Source of the DNA: Callorhinchus milii
Taxonomy: Eukaryota
Assembly: GCF_018977255.1 (NCBI RefSeq)
Contig: NW_024704742.1
Span: forward strand, 126,110,001-126,174,000
Length of the DNA stretch: 64,000 bases
Direction: 5' to 3'
The position numbers were made by a program, and so were the translations under genes. Position 1 is the stretch's first letter; each line of letters opens with the position of its first letter. The notes under the pieces are model-generated. The model made no database searches. It saw only the letters and a program-made list of their open reading frames with translations, and was not told where the DNA came from. Of the stretch, positions 11,529 to 23,447 are shown one piece after another.

Positions 11529-11949
11529 ATATGTTCTCCATAACTGTGAATCAAAGACCTAACAGGCAGGGCAGTTGGAGTAGCTAAGCACTGTACTGCG
11601 TTCTGCATTGTTATTTGTTGTAATATAATTTGAAAGTGGAGCAGAAATATTCATTACCAATTGAAAATGAATGTTCTCTTTAATTCCTGGAGGTGATCGG
11701 AACACTTGAAAGAACAGCACATTTCAATAACAGCAGCAGCAGCAGCAGCATGTGAATTACATAAGAAGAACAACCAAAGGTCAAAGCATCAGATTATAGC
11801 ATAAATGTTAATGAACTGTCAATGCTGCAGAGACACATTTCATTGCCACAGTGACATGAGTAAGTGCATGCACATGTATCAAATGATATGTTCAGCCTTA
11901 TTTGGCTATAAATCAACATGTGAAACAGTAAAGCTGCATAATGAAGGGT

Positions 11950-12370
11950 GATCACGCCATCCTGCTCGACTGCCTCACCTCCCTAATCCATTTCAATGGG
12001 ACCGCGCTCTCCTGATTTGAGTCTTACTTCACCAACTGCCATCATTTTGTGGTTTTGCCCCAAAAATATACAGTTAATTTACTTCACGGTATATTCTGTG
12101 ACGCTCTTTGAGATGTCTCAACATTGTGATAAGGCTCTATATCAATTGCAAGGAATATTATTATTATTATTATCATCAACTCATCTCCACAAACATTTTC
12201 TCTCCTGCCTCCACTGGGTCACCTGTGGCGTACACCAAGGTTCCATCCTTGGCCCCCATCTTTTTCGCAGTTACACGCTCCCTCTTGGCAATGTCAATAG
12301 CAGACATGGGGTCAACTTCCACATGCATGTGGATAACACCAAAAATCTACTTCTTGTCCTACAGCTGTGC
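11950..12370 (+). mobile_element. Old L2 RT fragment interrupted by a SINE 3' end (~12035-12172)
   Basis: TCGVHQGSILGPHLF..YTLPLG...HGVNFHMHVDNT is the L2 RT core (ORF 11996-12409). Confidence 0.85.
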
Positions 12371-13049
12371 CCCCAAGCCCCAGTTTCACATTTGTTTCCT
12401 TTATTATAATAGTTATAGATAGAGCATTGAATCACTATCACCAGACGCAATAATGGTAGTAACCAGGTTTCAAAGAGTAAGATAATGATCAGTTACCTGT
12501 CCCTGGGGCAGCAGCAGGTAGATGTGGGTCAGTCAGATCCGCATCTCATTGTTACTGACTGACCCTGATTCAGTATTGTGTAAAGTCCAAACCAACCAAG
12601 CAGCACATACACACTTTGTGTTTAAAGCTCAGAGGCCTGATATACTGTAGGGCATATGTTCAAACTGTTGGTTGACAATTAAAACCTTTTTATGCCAAGT
12701 GCTTTTTTCCAATTCTTATAAGAAGGCACCTTCCTGGTAAACAAAGTCAAAGCCACTGTGTTTTTCAGTATTTCTGCAGAATAAGCATTTTACTTTAACT
12801 CCGTCCGTACAAATATGTCTCAAAGCACTTCACACAGCTGTCTGTGAGCCTGAACTGGCGGGGGAATAGGGGGAGGCGAGGAAACTGAGGATGAGGCAGG
12901 GAAGGTGGCCAAAAGCATAATTGAAACGATTAGGTCAGATTGCAAAAAGATAAGATAGATTCAAAGTGATGATTACCACATTGAATCTGTGAAAAGGCAT
13001 CACTGGTTTGACCCCACCCACCTGTCCGCCTGCTAACACCCACCCACCC

Positions 13050-13135
13050 ACACTCTCAGTCTGATTTGGATACTTTTAAACTTAGTAATGGGTTTCTGCA
13101 TATGCATATGCCAAACGCCTGGGTGATCTCAACAA
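13050..13135 (+). repeat. Family X repeat, terminal fragment in opposite orientation
   Basis: Reverse complement GAAACCCATTACTAAGTTTAAAAGTATCCAAATCAGACTGAGAGT matches 35480-35525. Confidence 0.65.
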
Positions 13136-13174
13136 GTGCTAGTTATTATTATTTATTATTATATACTGCAATCT

Positions 13175-13520
13175 TCTAAACATGCACAACAGATGGTCAG
13201 GCTACTGTTGGGAAACTGCACAGTTTTGGGCTCCTCATTGTAGGAAATATGTTAAGACCCTGGAGGCAGTGCAGTTGCTGGAATGAGGAAATACAGTTAT
13301 AAGAAAAGACTTGATAAACTAGGGCTTTTTTCTTTGGAGCTCAGAAGGCTGAGATTTCAGGGAATATGATGTAGGCATACATGTTGGTGTGAGGGCAGAC
13401 AAGGAAAGATTATTTCCAGCAGTCAGGCAGTCTGGAACGAAAGGGCAAAGTTTTAAAATCAGAACCAGGAGGTCCAGAACGAAGATTAGGGAAATTTTTT
13501 CACACAGAGACTGGTACAAA
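13175..13520 (+). mobile_element. Degenerate CR1 ORF2 C-terminal fragment
   Basis: CAGTTTTGGGCTCCTCATT, CTAGGGCTTTTTTCTTTGGAG; DKERLFP..GTKGQSFKIR..IFSHR. Confidence 0.85.
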
Positions 13521-13934
13521 GCACATGAAGCTATGAATCTACGATGGAAATCAAGCTCTTTATCCTCTCAGTAGCATTGTGGAAAGTCTAGCAAAGGTTT
13601 CCAGCACTTTCAATACCACTTTCAATAAAGAAATGAAACTCTAAAGCTGTTTTCCAAAGGTTAAATATTGTTTACTTAAAGTCGATAATTGCTTCCTACC
13701 TAATTAGTCACCCATTTCCTCCTCACCTCCACCTACAACATAATATTATCTTAATACTCTATTCTCTATGGGCAGTTACTGCAGTCTGTATACCTTTTTA
13801 ATCAGTTGCAAATTATTCTTCCTGAATTTGTGTAGTGTGATTTATTCACATATATTGTGTGAATGGTTATAACATCTCTGCAATCATGTGCTCTTTCATG
13901 TACAATATGTGCTGCAAACATTATGATGCTAGAC

Positions 13935-14172
13935 TGGCTCTGTTGGTAGACTCTTGCTTCTGGTTTTGAAATTATGAGTGCATTTGAGTCTCATGGTAGG
14001 CCTCAATCGCAATCCACGACTGTTGGTGGGACACTGTCGTGCACATTTGACTGCCCCATTTTGCCTGCAGGATGTGCGATCGGTGCACTTTACAGTATAT
14101 TCTGTGAAGCTCTTTGAGACATGTCGAAGACGTGATAAGGCATTATATCAAATACATAAATTATTATTATGA
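13935..14172 (+). mobile_element. Degenerate SINE (tRNA-like head, Deu-type 3' body, ATT tail)
   Basis: TGGCTCTGTTGGTAGACTCTTGC head; AATCCACGACTGTTGGTGGGACACTG; TTATATCAAAT...ATTATTAT. Confidence 0.75.
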
Positions 14173-14274
14173 TCCTAGCCTACCGTTTTGCTTTAAAATT
14201 GAAAGGTAGTGCAGAATTCTTGAATTCAGTCTTAATTTGGAATCATTAGGCTGAGACTAAGTGGAATTTGGAGC

Positions 14275-14920
14275 CAATAGTCTAGACTGACACTTGAGTG
14301 CAATACTGGGAGAAGCTCCGCATTGTTATTCAGCTTTGACATTAAACTGAAAACTGAGATCTCATCTGCCTGTTCTTTAGGTAGACGTTAAAGATTCCTT
14401 AACTCTATTCAACATGAGAATGCAGCTTCTCTCAGTGTCCTGACCAACAATTCTTTCATGTAGATTAGTCATTCCAATCATAGCTGTTCACAGATCACAA
14501 GACTGATTCAGGTGAAGAAGGCCTTGCCTTTGATCTCATCTGTGTAGAGTGGGGGGACATCCCAAGGTGCTGGATAGTCAGGAATTCGGACCCGAGCAGT
14601 GGGTTGGGATTAGGAGGGGTGGAGGGCAGAGTGAGTATGGGTAGGATGGTGACCAAAGGCGCAGTTGAAGAAGAGGGTCGTGAGACATGCTTTGAAGGAG
14701 GTAAGGGAGCAAGGCAAAGGATCTGTGGGATGGAGTTCCAAAGGTTGGGAGCAGAGAGGTTGAAGGCCCGGCCACTAATGGTGGGGCAGGCTGGGCAGGG
14801 GACATGAAGCAAGCTGCAGCCTGTTGAGTGGAGGGAGCGGACAGGTCGATTTGGTACCTGTTATATTTCCTATGAAGTACTTTGAGGCATTTTTTACATT
14901 AAAGGCACTATAAAAATATG
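14275..14920 (+). mobile_element. Old Deu-domain SINE split by an L2 insertion
   Basis: CTAGACTGACAC...TTAAAGATTCC...TGTCCTGACCAACAA; tail resumes at ~14860. Confidence 0.7.
14550..14845 (-). mobile_element. L2 3' fragment
   Basis: ISGRAFNLSAPNLWNSIP (ORF 14495-14812). Confidence 0.9.
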
Positions 14921-16671
14921 TTTGTTCTTTCATATACTGTATCTGTGTTTCTATTGTACTGTCAAACAATGTAAGATGTTAACACCTTTTAGTCTGTACC
15001 ATATATTTCCTAATACACTACATTATATGCAGAATTGTTCTCTGATGCTGAAGAAAGGAAACCAGAGGCATATCATCAATTTTAAATGCATCTTAAATTA
15101 CCGTTGACTCCAGAAGCCAAAAGGCATATTGTGACAGTTGTCTAAATGAAGGTAATCCTTGGAGCTATCCAGCATTTTGCTGAACCTCTACCTGAGACCT
15201 CTCTAATGCTTGAATAGCCACTTGTCACAGCATGTCAAAATCACAAGCCTTTTGTAATTAATAGAGAAATATGCAGCCGGTATACATGAACCGAGGGAAG
15301 CAGGGATATCATGAATATGTGGAATTTGAGAGTCCAAAGGGTTAATCAAACACTTTTATTTCTACAGCCGATGTGTCTGACTCATTTAATAAGGATCACA
15401 ACCCTTTAACACTTTGTGCAGTCAGCCTCAAGCCATTCAAAGAATGGCTTAAGCAGAAATGGAAGTTCTATGCAATCTTTCAGTTGCAGAAGAGTCAAGA
15501 CTTGGTTACATCACTATTATATTACTTTGTTAGTTTGTTTCCAGAGGCAACTAGTAACGTAAAGCTGATTTTCCCAACTCCAGCAAAGCCCATCTCAGAG
15601 TTGAATCAGTTCTTCATAACTTATTCATTGTTAGTGAGTAAGAGAGAGAGGAGGACTGACACTATGAGAGAGAGAGAATTGACTTTGTGCACAAAGGAAG
15701 ACAGAAGTTTAATACTGTGAGTACACAGTCAAATCTATTCATTTAGTATTCCGTTAAATCACTTGATTATTACAATGAAATGATAGCAGGAATTTTTAGA
15801 AAAATCATTCAATCAATGCTTTAGGATTGAATCATCACCACTATTTTCTAGGGCTCAGGCAATTTATAAATCGTGAAAAATGAATCAAGATTATTGCACT
15901 CAGGATTGCAACAGAGAAATCTTTGAGAAAAGGAGCATTGAAGAAGAAAGAAGGGGGGAAAAGTGTCCGACCTTGGCACAAGTTGTGGGTTGAGAACATA
16001 CAGTGATGATAAGGTAGCAAAGTTAATGTACAGGTTTTGTGATAGCATCCCTCCCCCTCCCCCCGAGCCCCCTTTTTTGATTGTGATGTGACACCAGACA
16101 GGAAACAGACACACTTTAGAATCCAGTAGATTCAGTCAATAATAACTGTATTAATTAGCTGTTACTCTGGCTGCTGAGGTCAGCCTTCAGTGACGACAGC
16201 ACTGTTATTTTTGGAATATTTTGTTGAAACCTCCTATGACACTTAAGAGCTGCAGTAATGCACCTCGGAAGCATCAACCTTGCTAACGCTCATTTGCGAT
16301 AAATAGTTTGGATCCAGTTCATTGCATTAACTCATTCAGTGTCAGCAACACTGAGGTACAAACACAGGTACAATCCTCCACTGGATTGTGATTCCAATGC
16401 CAAGTTCCAGCCCAACATTGTTGTGCACAGTTTAGATCACAAAATGCTTGTGTTAGTGCCTTGTTGAAAGATTGATCTTTTTAAATTGGATACCGGTTCT
16501 TTTTAAGAACTATGAAAAAACAGTTTCCATATTAACACAAAATTTCAGAATCTTACATAAAAATTGAAAGCAAAATGTTCTATTGGCAAAAATTAGGCAG
16601 TGTTTCTGGCCTAGTCTTTAATTCCAGTCGGAATTACGCTTCATATCTTTAGCAATGCACACATAATATAA

Positions 16672-16792
16672 TAACAATAATAATCCAATCCTTGCATTTG
16701 AGATGCACGATGGTTATTGAGAGGTCTCAAAGCCCATTCACAGGATTGTATTTGTGAAGTACAGTGGCTATGTATTTTGTAGGCAAACTGTC
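16672..16792 (-). mobile_element. SINE 3' end
   Basis: AATAATAAT..AATCCTTGCATTTGA...TATTTTGTAGGCAAA. Confidence 0.75.
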
Positions 16793-16796
16793 TTTT

Positions 16797-17370
16797 GTTC
16801 TCCAGATGGGGTCTGACCAAGGATCTGTATAATTGAAATATAATTTCCTCACCTTTGTATTCCAGCCCTCTAGAGATAAAGACCAACATTTCATTAGACT
16901 TTTTAATTACTTTGTGTACCTGTGAACCAGTTTTAGTGATTTGTATACATGGACACCCAAATCCCTTTGCTCCTCCACAGTTCCTAGTTTCCCACCATTA
17001 AGAAAATATTCCAATTTGATTTTCTTGATCCATAGTGGATGACCTCACATTTACCGACATTGAACATCATCTGCCAATTTTGCCCACTCACTTACTATAT
17101 CTTTGAAACTTCCTGCTCCCATCAATGCAACTTACTGTGCCTCCTAACTTTGTGTCATCTGCGAATTTAGATATACAACTTTCTAGTCCTTCATCCAAGT
17201 CATTTATATATATGAAAAGCTGAGGCCCCAGTACAAACCCCTGAGGAGCACCACTTGTCACATCCTGCCAATCAGAGAACGTTCCCTTTATCCCCACTCT
17301 GTTTCCTGCCTCCCAACCAATTAACAAGCCATGTCACAAGGTTACCTATGAATCCATGCACTTTAATTTG
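16797..17370 (-). mobile_element. CR1 LINE RT fragment, same family as 638-1785
   Basis: TSGAPQGFVLGPQLF..INDLDEG..SKFADDTKLGG; FISRGLEYKGEEII.QLYR.LVRPHLE. Confidence 0.92.
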
Positions 17371-17629
17371 TGTTTGTAATAATTACTTTTGCTAATAATA
17401 AAAACTGGGACTTCACTTGGATGCCAGAGGGGGTTGCATCCTAAACATTTTTTAAGGATGACAGCGAAGGTGAATTTGCATTCTGGCTGTCTGACTCAGT
17501 AAGAAAATTGTTTGTGCAATGGGAGAGTGAAGCAATGTCCATAGCCTGCCTTAATTCATTTAGTAATTTGAGGGTAATTCTCTGTGGAGCAATTTTTGAA
17601 CTGAACTAAGCTGCTTTGGAACATTATGT

Positions 17630-17990
17630 AATGGTGATATGGGGTCAGCAGGTTGAGGAGATAGGGAGGAGCAAGGCCGTGCAGGGCCTTGAAGGCAAGG
17701 ACGAGGATTTTGAACTCTATTCTTTGGGGTATGGGGAGCCAGTGGAGCTGGGTGAGGGTTGGTATGATGGGGTTACAGAGCCTGGTGCGGAAAAAGATAC
17801 AAGCTTCAGAGTTCTGAATGATCTGCAGCTTGTGGAGCAAAGAGTAGGGAAAGTGATAAGGCAGGGAGTTGACATAGTCGACCCTAGAAGTGATGAATGC
17901 GTGGATGAGTATTTCGGCGGCCTGAGGGCTGAAGCAGTGGCGGAGCCGGGCAATGTTATGGAGGTTGTGGGAAGGCAGAGCGGGTTATGG
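17630..17990 (-). mobile_element. L2 ORF2 fragment
   Basis: LHKLQIIQNSEA..LHWLPIPQRIEFKIL..FKALHGLAPPYL (ORF 17556-17840). Confidence 0.92.
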
Positions 17991-18299
17991 TATGTATACA
18001 CAAGCTCAGAACAATAGGTCTAATTAGTTTCTTACTAAACCTTCAACCTTCCACTGATATCTGCAGCAGTGCTCTCCTTTGTTTCACACCAGGGGTCACA
18101 TAAAGAGATTGGCGTCTGCCTTCAAGGTTTCTATTTTTGTTTTGTTAGTTAATTTTGGACACTTTTAATTTACCATTTTTGAATCATCTCCATTCCTTAA
18201 AATCCTGAAATTGGAGATTTTTCTAACCTATTTTATATCATCTTTTGGAATTGGAGAAATGGTACAAGTGATGGTTTCTTGTAATGTATTACATCATTT

Positions 18300-18600
18300 A
18301 GAGCGATGAGGGGAATGAATAATTTTATTTGAGGGATTAGTAAAGACAGCAGAAGAAATGTCCTTCTCTTTTTGAATAGTACTATGGGATCTTTAATGTC
18401 CACCTGAACAAGCAAACTGGACCTTGGATTAACATTTCACCTGAAGGACGGCATCTTTTACAATGCAGTACACCTCCAGCATTGACTGGAGTGCTACCTT
18501 TGACTATATGAGTTCCAAGTCCCATTGTGGAGCTTGGAACTCACATAGTCTAACTTTCTAAATTAGAAGTGAGAGTGCTACTAATTGTGCCATCCAGATA
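18300..18600 (-). mobile_element. Old Deu-domain SINE
   Basis: TATGGGATCTTTAATGTCCACCTGAAC...CTGAAGGACGGCATC...GAGAGTGCTAC. Confidence 0.85.
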
Positions 18601-18679
18601 AGCTATGAATTTGAGGAGACAAATTTCTCACACCACTAAGTATATATGGACATTGAAGGTTTGAGATTTTGTCTAGTAT

Positions 18680-18890
18680 TGGCCTGCAAGACGAATTTTT
18701 CCTAAAAATATATTGAATTGTGGAAATTCTTAAATTCTGTCTTAATTTGGAAGTTAATTTAATTTTAAGATCTGTGTAAAACCACCTTCCAAATTAAAAC
18801 TGAATTTAAGAATTTTCCAGCATTTTATGAATTCTTACATTTTGGAGCAGAATGGTCTCACAGGCTAAGATTAGCTGAAATTTCGGGCTA
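18680..18890. mobile_element. Fold-back (palindromic) MITE-like element
   Basis: Inverted arms 18722-18753 and 18786-18818; related copies at 42560-42740 and 14200-14270. Confidence 0.7.
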
Positions 18891-18944
18891 AGGGTTGCTA
18901 ACAGGGTATGTATCACATTAGTGTATATAAAAGGTTACAGATGA

Positions 18945-19240
18945 AGCTTTGGATGAGACGTTAAACTACGGTTCCATCAGTCTATTCAGGTTGTTGTTAA
19001 AGATCCCACGGCCAGTCAAAAAGCAAAGGGAGTTTCTCCCAGTGTCCGGGCCAACAATGCCCCAGATAAAATTGATAATTCACTTCATGACTGTTTGTGG
19101 GATATTTCTTTGTGCAAATTGACTGCTGCATTAACTTACAAAATAAACAGTCACTACACACTACAGTAAATCCTGTGAAAGCTCTATGACACGTCCTCCT
19201 CATCTGAAAGGTGATATATCAAATGCACGTATTATTAATA
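18945..19240 (+). mobile_element. Old Deu-domain SINE lacking head
   Basis: TTTGGATGAGACGTTAAAC...TTAAAGATCCCACGG...ATATCAAATGCA..ATTATT. Confidence 0.88.
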
Positions 19241-19682
19241 CTACAGCTTTACTATAATAGCACAACTGGTTAAAGAGCCAAGTACAAAGTCACCTGATAT
19301 TCAAGTGCACCTCCCAGCCTCCTGTAATGTTATTTTGGTAGTGATCGATAGAGAAAAAAATGTTCCGAAGCATTTGACGTCATTGTGCCAAATTATGCAA
19401 CTGCAACTCAGATTCTCTGCAGAGAGTGAAATTTCAGAAATACAGGGATTTTTAAACTCCAAAAACCTCACAATTTGTGCTGCCAGCAGTGCGATATAAA
19501 CACAGTAACATTAGCTATAAGGGACCGTGAGTGAAATGAACTGGAGCAGCCTCAAGAAACTGGGAGACAGAGCTTGTATTTTGCAGCTCCTTTTTTATTG
19601 TAAAGTTGTAGCAGATTTATGTTAGTTTTAGTGATTCATGTAAAACAGAGCCAATTTTTGGGATGGTGTGAAGGACCTCTAC

Positions 19683-19890
19683 ATAATAATCCTTGCATTT
19701 TGACATGCCGCCTAATTACGTCATTGACACATCTCAAAGTGGTTCCCAAGATTTTACTAGCAAGTGTTTATGGCTGTTTGTGAGTCATTGCTGTGTAGGT
19801 GAACACAGCAGCCAATTTGCTCACAGCAATGTCCCACAAACAGCCATAGAGTGAGTGACCAACTGTATCTGGGGGATTGTGCCCAGGACA
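19683..19890 (-). mobile_element. SINE 3' half
   Basis: ATAATAATCCTTGCATTT...GCAGCCAATTTGC.CACAGCAATGTCCCACAAACAG. Confidence 0.85.
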
Positions 19891-20171
19891 ACTGTTACAT
19901 AACTGGACAACTTATATAACTGTTTTATACCTCATTTGGGAGAGGGTGTTAATGCTCTACGATCAATGTAGGAAAATATTCTTTTTGCATGGACTTCCTT
20001 CACCTTAATGAGTAGAGGTCAATTTTGCTAAATGTAATTCTCAGTATTGATAAGTGCATCACTTTATAATGGCAATCCTCTGACTGTGGTGTTTATCAAT
20101 CGACATTAATCAAATCTAGTACCATCTAAGAATGCCAGATAGCAGGTCTCCACATTTTAAATCACATGTTT

Positions 20172-20370
20172 GGGGAGAAATTCCTCCTGGGGCTAGATTT
20201 TCTCAATTTGAGAATGTCTAGAATTTGGCAAATTCTTATGTACACTCTTAATTTTGAAACCAGGTTAACATAAAAATTGCAGAAAACCAGCTTCCCAGTT
20301 AAAGACTGAATTCCACAATTTGCCAAATTCTGGACTCTCTAGACTGCTTACATAAATAGAGTAAATCTAA
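20172..20370. mobile_element. Fold-back MITE-like element
   Basis: Starts GGGGAGAAATTCC; perfect 15-bp inverted repeat AGAATTTGGCAAATT (20220-20234) / AATTTGCCAAATTCT (20317-20331). Confidence 0.75.
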
Positions 20371-20769
20371 ACCATTTTTTTCCAATTGTAATCAAGGATT
20401 AACTTTTAAGCTGTTAAATCACATTATTATTGCAAATATTTTGTCTTCTTGGACTTTTTTTTGCAATTGCATTAATTCACCCGTTTCTTTGTAATTTCAA
20501 GGTTTCAGGATTTTCTTTGGCCATTATTCCTTTACTTGAGTAAGACTGATGGAGGATAAGCATTATCTGTATCTTTTATTCTCTTTTATCAGTTAATTCT
20601 CCATGCAAAACTCCATGTGTGCACCTTAGGAATTCTGGCCATGGGAGACTTTGCAGCTAAGTCTTGTCTTGTCTTTACCTGAAATCCACACACACATGTA
20701 CTTTCAGTTTCGCAACAGGGAGTCAGTCTCCAGATACCCTCTGAGAATGAGAACCTCAGCTAAGGTCAA

Positions 20770-20885
20770 TACTGCACTAAGCATTGGGTCTGCCTCACAT
20801 CAGCTATCTCAGCACAGACCTGCAACCTGCCAGTCTGAATGACCTTGTGCTGTACCCAGTGGTGACTTTACCCACTAGGCCGTCA
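20770..20885 (-). mobile_element. Head fragment of a second ancient SINE-like family (family Y)
   Basis: Minus strand GGCCTAGTGGGTAAAG...GGTCTGTGCTGAGATAGCTGAT, shared with ~34405-34425 (GTGCTGAGTTAGCTTAT). Confidence 0.5.
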
Positions 20886-21382
20886 AAGAGGCTATCACCA
20901 GCTGATTCATTTTAAATTTGTGAAATAGATCTGACACTCATTCAGAACTGGGAAAGAGATACTGCAGCATTAATAAAAGTAAAAGCTTCGAGAGCAGGAG
21001 ACAGAGTGCACCCAAAAATAACACAGGTAGACTAGAGGATAAATATCACTTTATGTAGAGCGTTGCTCAAGCAGCTGAGAAAATAATCTCTGTGTACTGT
21101 ACTTCTGTGGAATTAGAGCCTTCCTATTTGTATTACTTCACAGTGCTTCCTTATTAATCATTGTGCTTAAATTATACATGGTATGCTTTTCATACTCCTT
21201 TAATAATGACATTAGCTAAATAGCAAATCTTGGATGGTAATCACATTATTCCTGAAATTGTATCAACTTTGGCAACTTTTCAAAAAAGAGGGCCTTAGGT
21301 CTTCTCAGTGAAATAAAATATTTTTCATATAGATCTGCAGCAAAGATCCATTACACATGATTTGGTGCAGCTTTTCTTTAAC

Positions 21383-21461
21383 CTTGATGAAGTCAGAATC
21401 ATCTAGGACACGGACTCCATTTAAAGTGGCTTTTGTAGAGGTGTACTTGCTCAATAAGCAA
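21383..21461 (-). CDS. Candidate exon (79 nt, phase 2/0): CLLSKYTSTKATLNGVRVLDDSDFIK
   Basis: Long polypyrimidine acceptor ctttgtctttcattattttgtccaatag; donor AAG|gttaaa is weak; phase-compatible with the 33373-33503 and 7090-7218 candidates. Confidence 0.3.
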
Positions 21462-21972
21462 CTATTGGACAAAATAATGAAAGACAAAGCCAATGAAACA
21501 GAGTCACCGAGAACAAAATTTCACAACAATTTATGAATGCCGCATTAGACATTCCTGGCCAACAAAGGTAACGTATTGTTCAGACTGCACTGACAGTAAA
21601 TGCTGCAGGGTTTAATCCTTGGGTGACAAGTGTTGTGAAAACTGAACTCTACCACAGGAGAGCAGGAGACAGGCAGGGGTTTCTGGCATCAGAAAGTTCA
21701 GCGTTAACATTTCAAAGATAGTTATTCACGTAGTAACATACATTTGAAATTAAGATCTGAGTTAGCTGTTGGTTATGTGAGAGAGCAAACATTATTGGTT
21801 TTGTCAAATTTGTCTGCGATTTATATCCTTCACACAAGACATTCTATTACAAACCCTTTTCCAAAATCTTTTTGTAATCTTGTGAAATTGAGACTAACTA
21901 TAACACGAGCATATAGGACAAACTGTAACTCCAGCCAAAAATTTAATATGGTTTTATAACCCTGATTCCTTT

Positions 21973-22390
21973 TATAATAATCCTTGCATTCTTTATCACA
22001 TTGTTAAAAAGTCTCCAAAAACTTCATAGGAAACATCGTAAAGTATTGTGACTGTACATTTGTAGGCACATGCAGCAGCCAATTTATGTACAGCAACGTC
22101 CCACATACAGTCATGAAATTATGACAAGTTTTATCTGGGGAATTGTTTATAATTGTTTATGATTTGGAGAACCTCCTTTCGTGTTTCAAATAGGGTCATA
22201 AGATCTTTAACGTCCACCTGAACAGGGAGATGGGACCTTGGTTTAGCATTTCACCTTTGACAATGCAGTAGTCCCACAGCATTGCATTGGGGTGTCACCC
22301 TGGATAATGAGCTCAGTCCCAACAAAAACCTTGAATGCACAATTTTATAATTTACAGGGAAGTGTGCTACCAACTGAGCCAGGCTGACTT
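21973..22390 (-). mobile_element. Old Deu-domain SINE, near full length
   Basis: ATAATAATCCTTGCATT tail; GATCTTTAACGTCCACCTGAACAGG core; TGCTACCAACTGAGCCAGGCTGAC head. Confidence 0.9.
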
Positions 22391-22718
22391 CAGACATCTT
22401 ATTAACCAAGTCCGCACATTGTTATTGTGGTGCCAATAGAATATATTCATTCATGTTGCTTTATTATGGTCATGAGGTAAGGTTGCATCTTAGCATTGAG
22501 ATACAGCAATGGCATTAATGATACTTGCATGTAATGATATGCTGGTAAAGGACAACAGCCCTCTTTCCCTTCCACGCCACTTGAACACCCAATTATACAG
22601 GATTTACAGTCAAGAATGGTCGCAGATCAAATTGGAGGAAGAAGGAGCTATTACAAAGCCTTTTATCACAAGAAAGAAGTAAATCTTTTGATTCAAGAGA
22701 TGCTTCAGAAAAAAATCG

Positions 22719-22830
22719 AAGCATTCGCCTACAAAATACATAGTCACTAGATTTTACAATACTTGTGAAGCCCTTTGAGACGTGCTCCTGACATGAAATG
22801 CACTATATTAAATATAAAGTTTGTTGATTA
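22719..22830 (+). mobile_element. SINE 3' end
   Basis: GCATTCGCCTACAAAATACATAGTCACT...TGTGAAG...TGACATGAAA. Confidence 0.75.
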
Positions 22831-23064
22831 TTTATTTACTTCCTCCTCTCAACTTCTGCAATTGACTTCACATTGTCAAAGAAATGATCATCATTCTTGT
22901 TTCTAGATGAAGTGGTGCGTGGGAGCTCCATCTACAATATTGATAAGATGGATATGAGCAAACCAACCTTTGTGCTGTATCCCTTTGCAAACTCCACAGA
23001 CAATGTTAATTTCTTGGGACAAAATATTAAATCTAATCTAAACTAACACATGTGCAAAGCTTTA

Positions 23065-23320
23065 CACAACAAAACAAAGTTGCATTTATATATACCCTTC
23101 ATGCTGGGTAGTGTCTCAGAGACCTTACCACAAATGGCTGTTGAAGTCAAGCTCATAATGGCATTCAAAAGTGATTTAGAAACATGAAGGTTAATAATAA
23201 ATGATGATAAAATTATTGAGGATAGTTTCAGTGGGGGTGAAGCCAGCACAAAACATGATGGGCTAAAGGGTTTACTTCTGTAGTGGGTTTACTTCTAGTG
23301 ACTTTCTATACTTTCTGTGA
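23065..23320. mobile_element. Solitary L2 tail (-, ~23065-23125) abutting a CR1 3' end (+, ~23135-23320)
   Basis: ACAACAAA..GTTGCATTTATATA; ATGGCATTCAAAAG..GATGGGCTAAAGGGTTTACTTCTG..TTCTAT. Confidence 0.6.
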
Positions 23321-23447
23321 ATTTCTAACCTGTACTGAGATGCAGTTATGAGCCATGCAATTATTATAGTTGGATTCAGATAAAAGTGATGCATAAACTC
23401 AAGGCTATGTTATAAACATAGAAAACTTATTCCTCTTTCCCCAGTGG

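Noticed and set aside
15373..15720. 115-aa plus-strand ORF preceded by an acceptor-like ttttatttctacag
   Set aside because: No recognisable homology, runs into a GA microsatellite, and opposite strand to the better exon candidates.
19470..19515. 43-nt minus-strand segment encoding NVTVFISHCWQHK, a TIR-like FISH motif
   Set aside because: Very short, weak donor, no supporting neighbouring sequence; compatible with chance.
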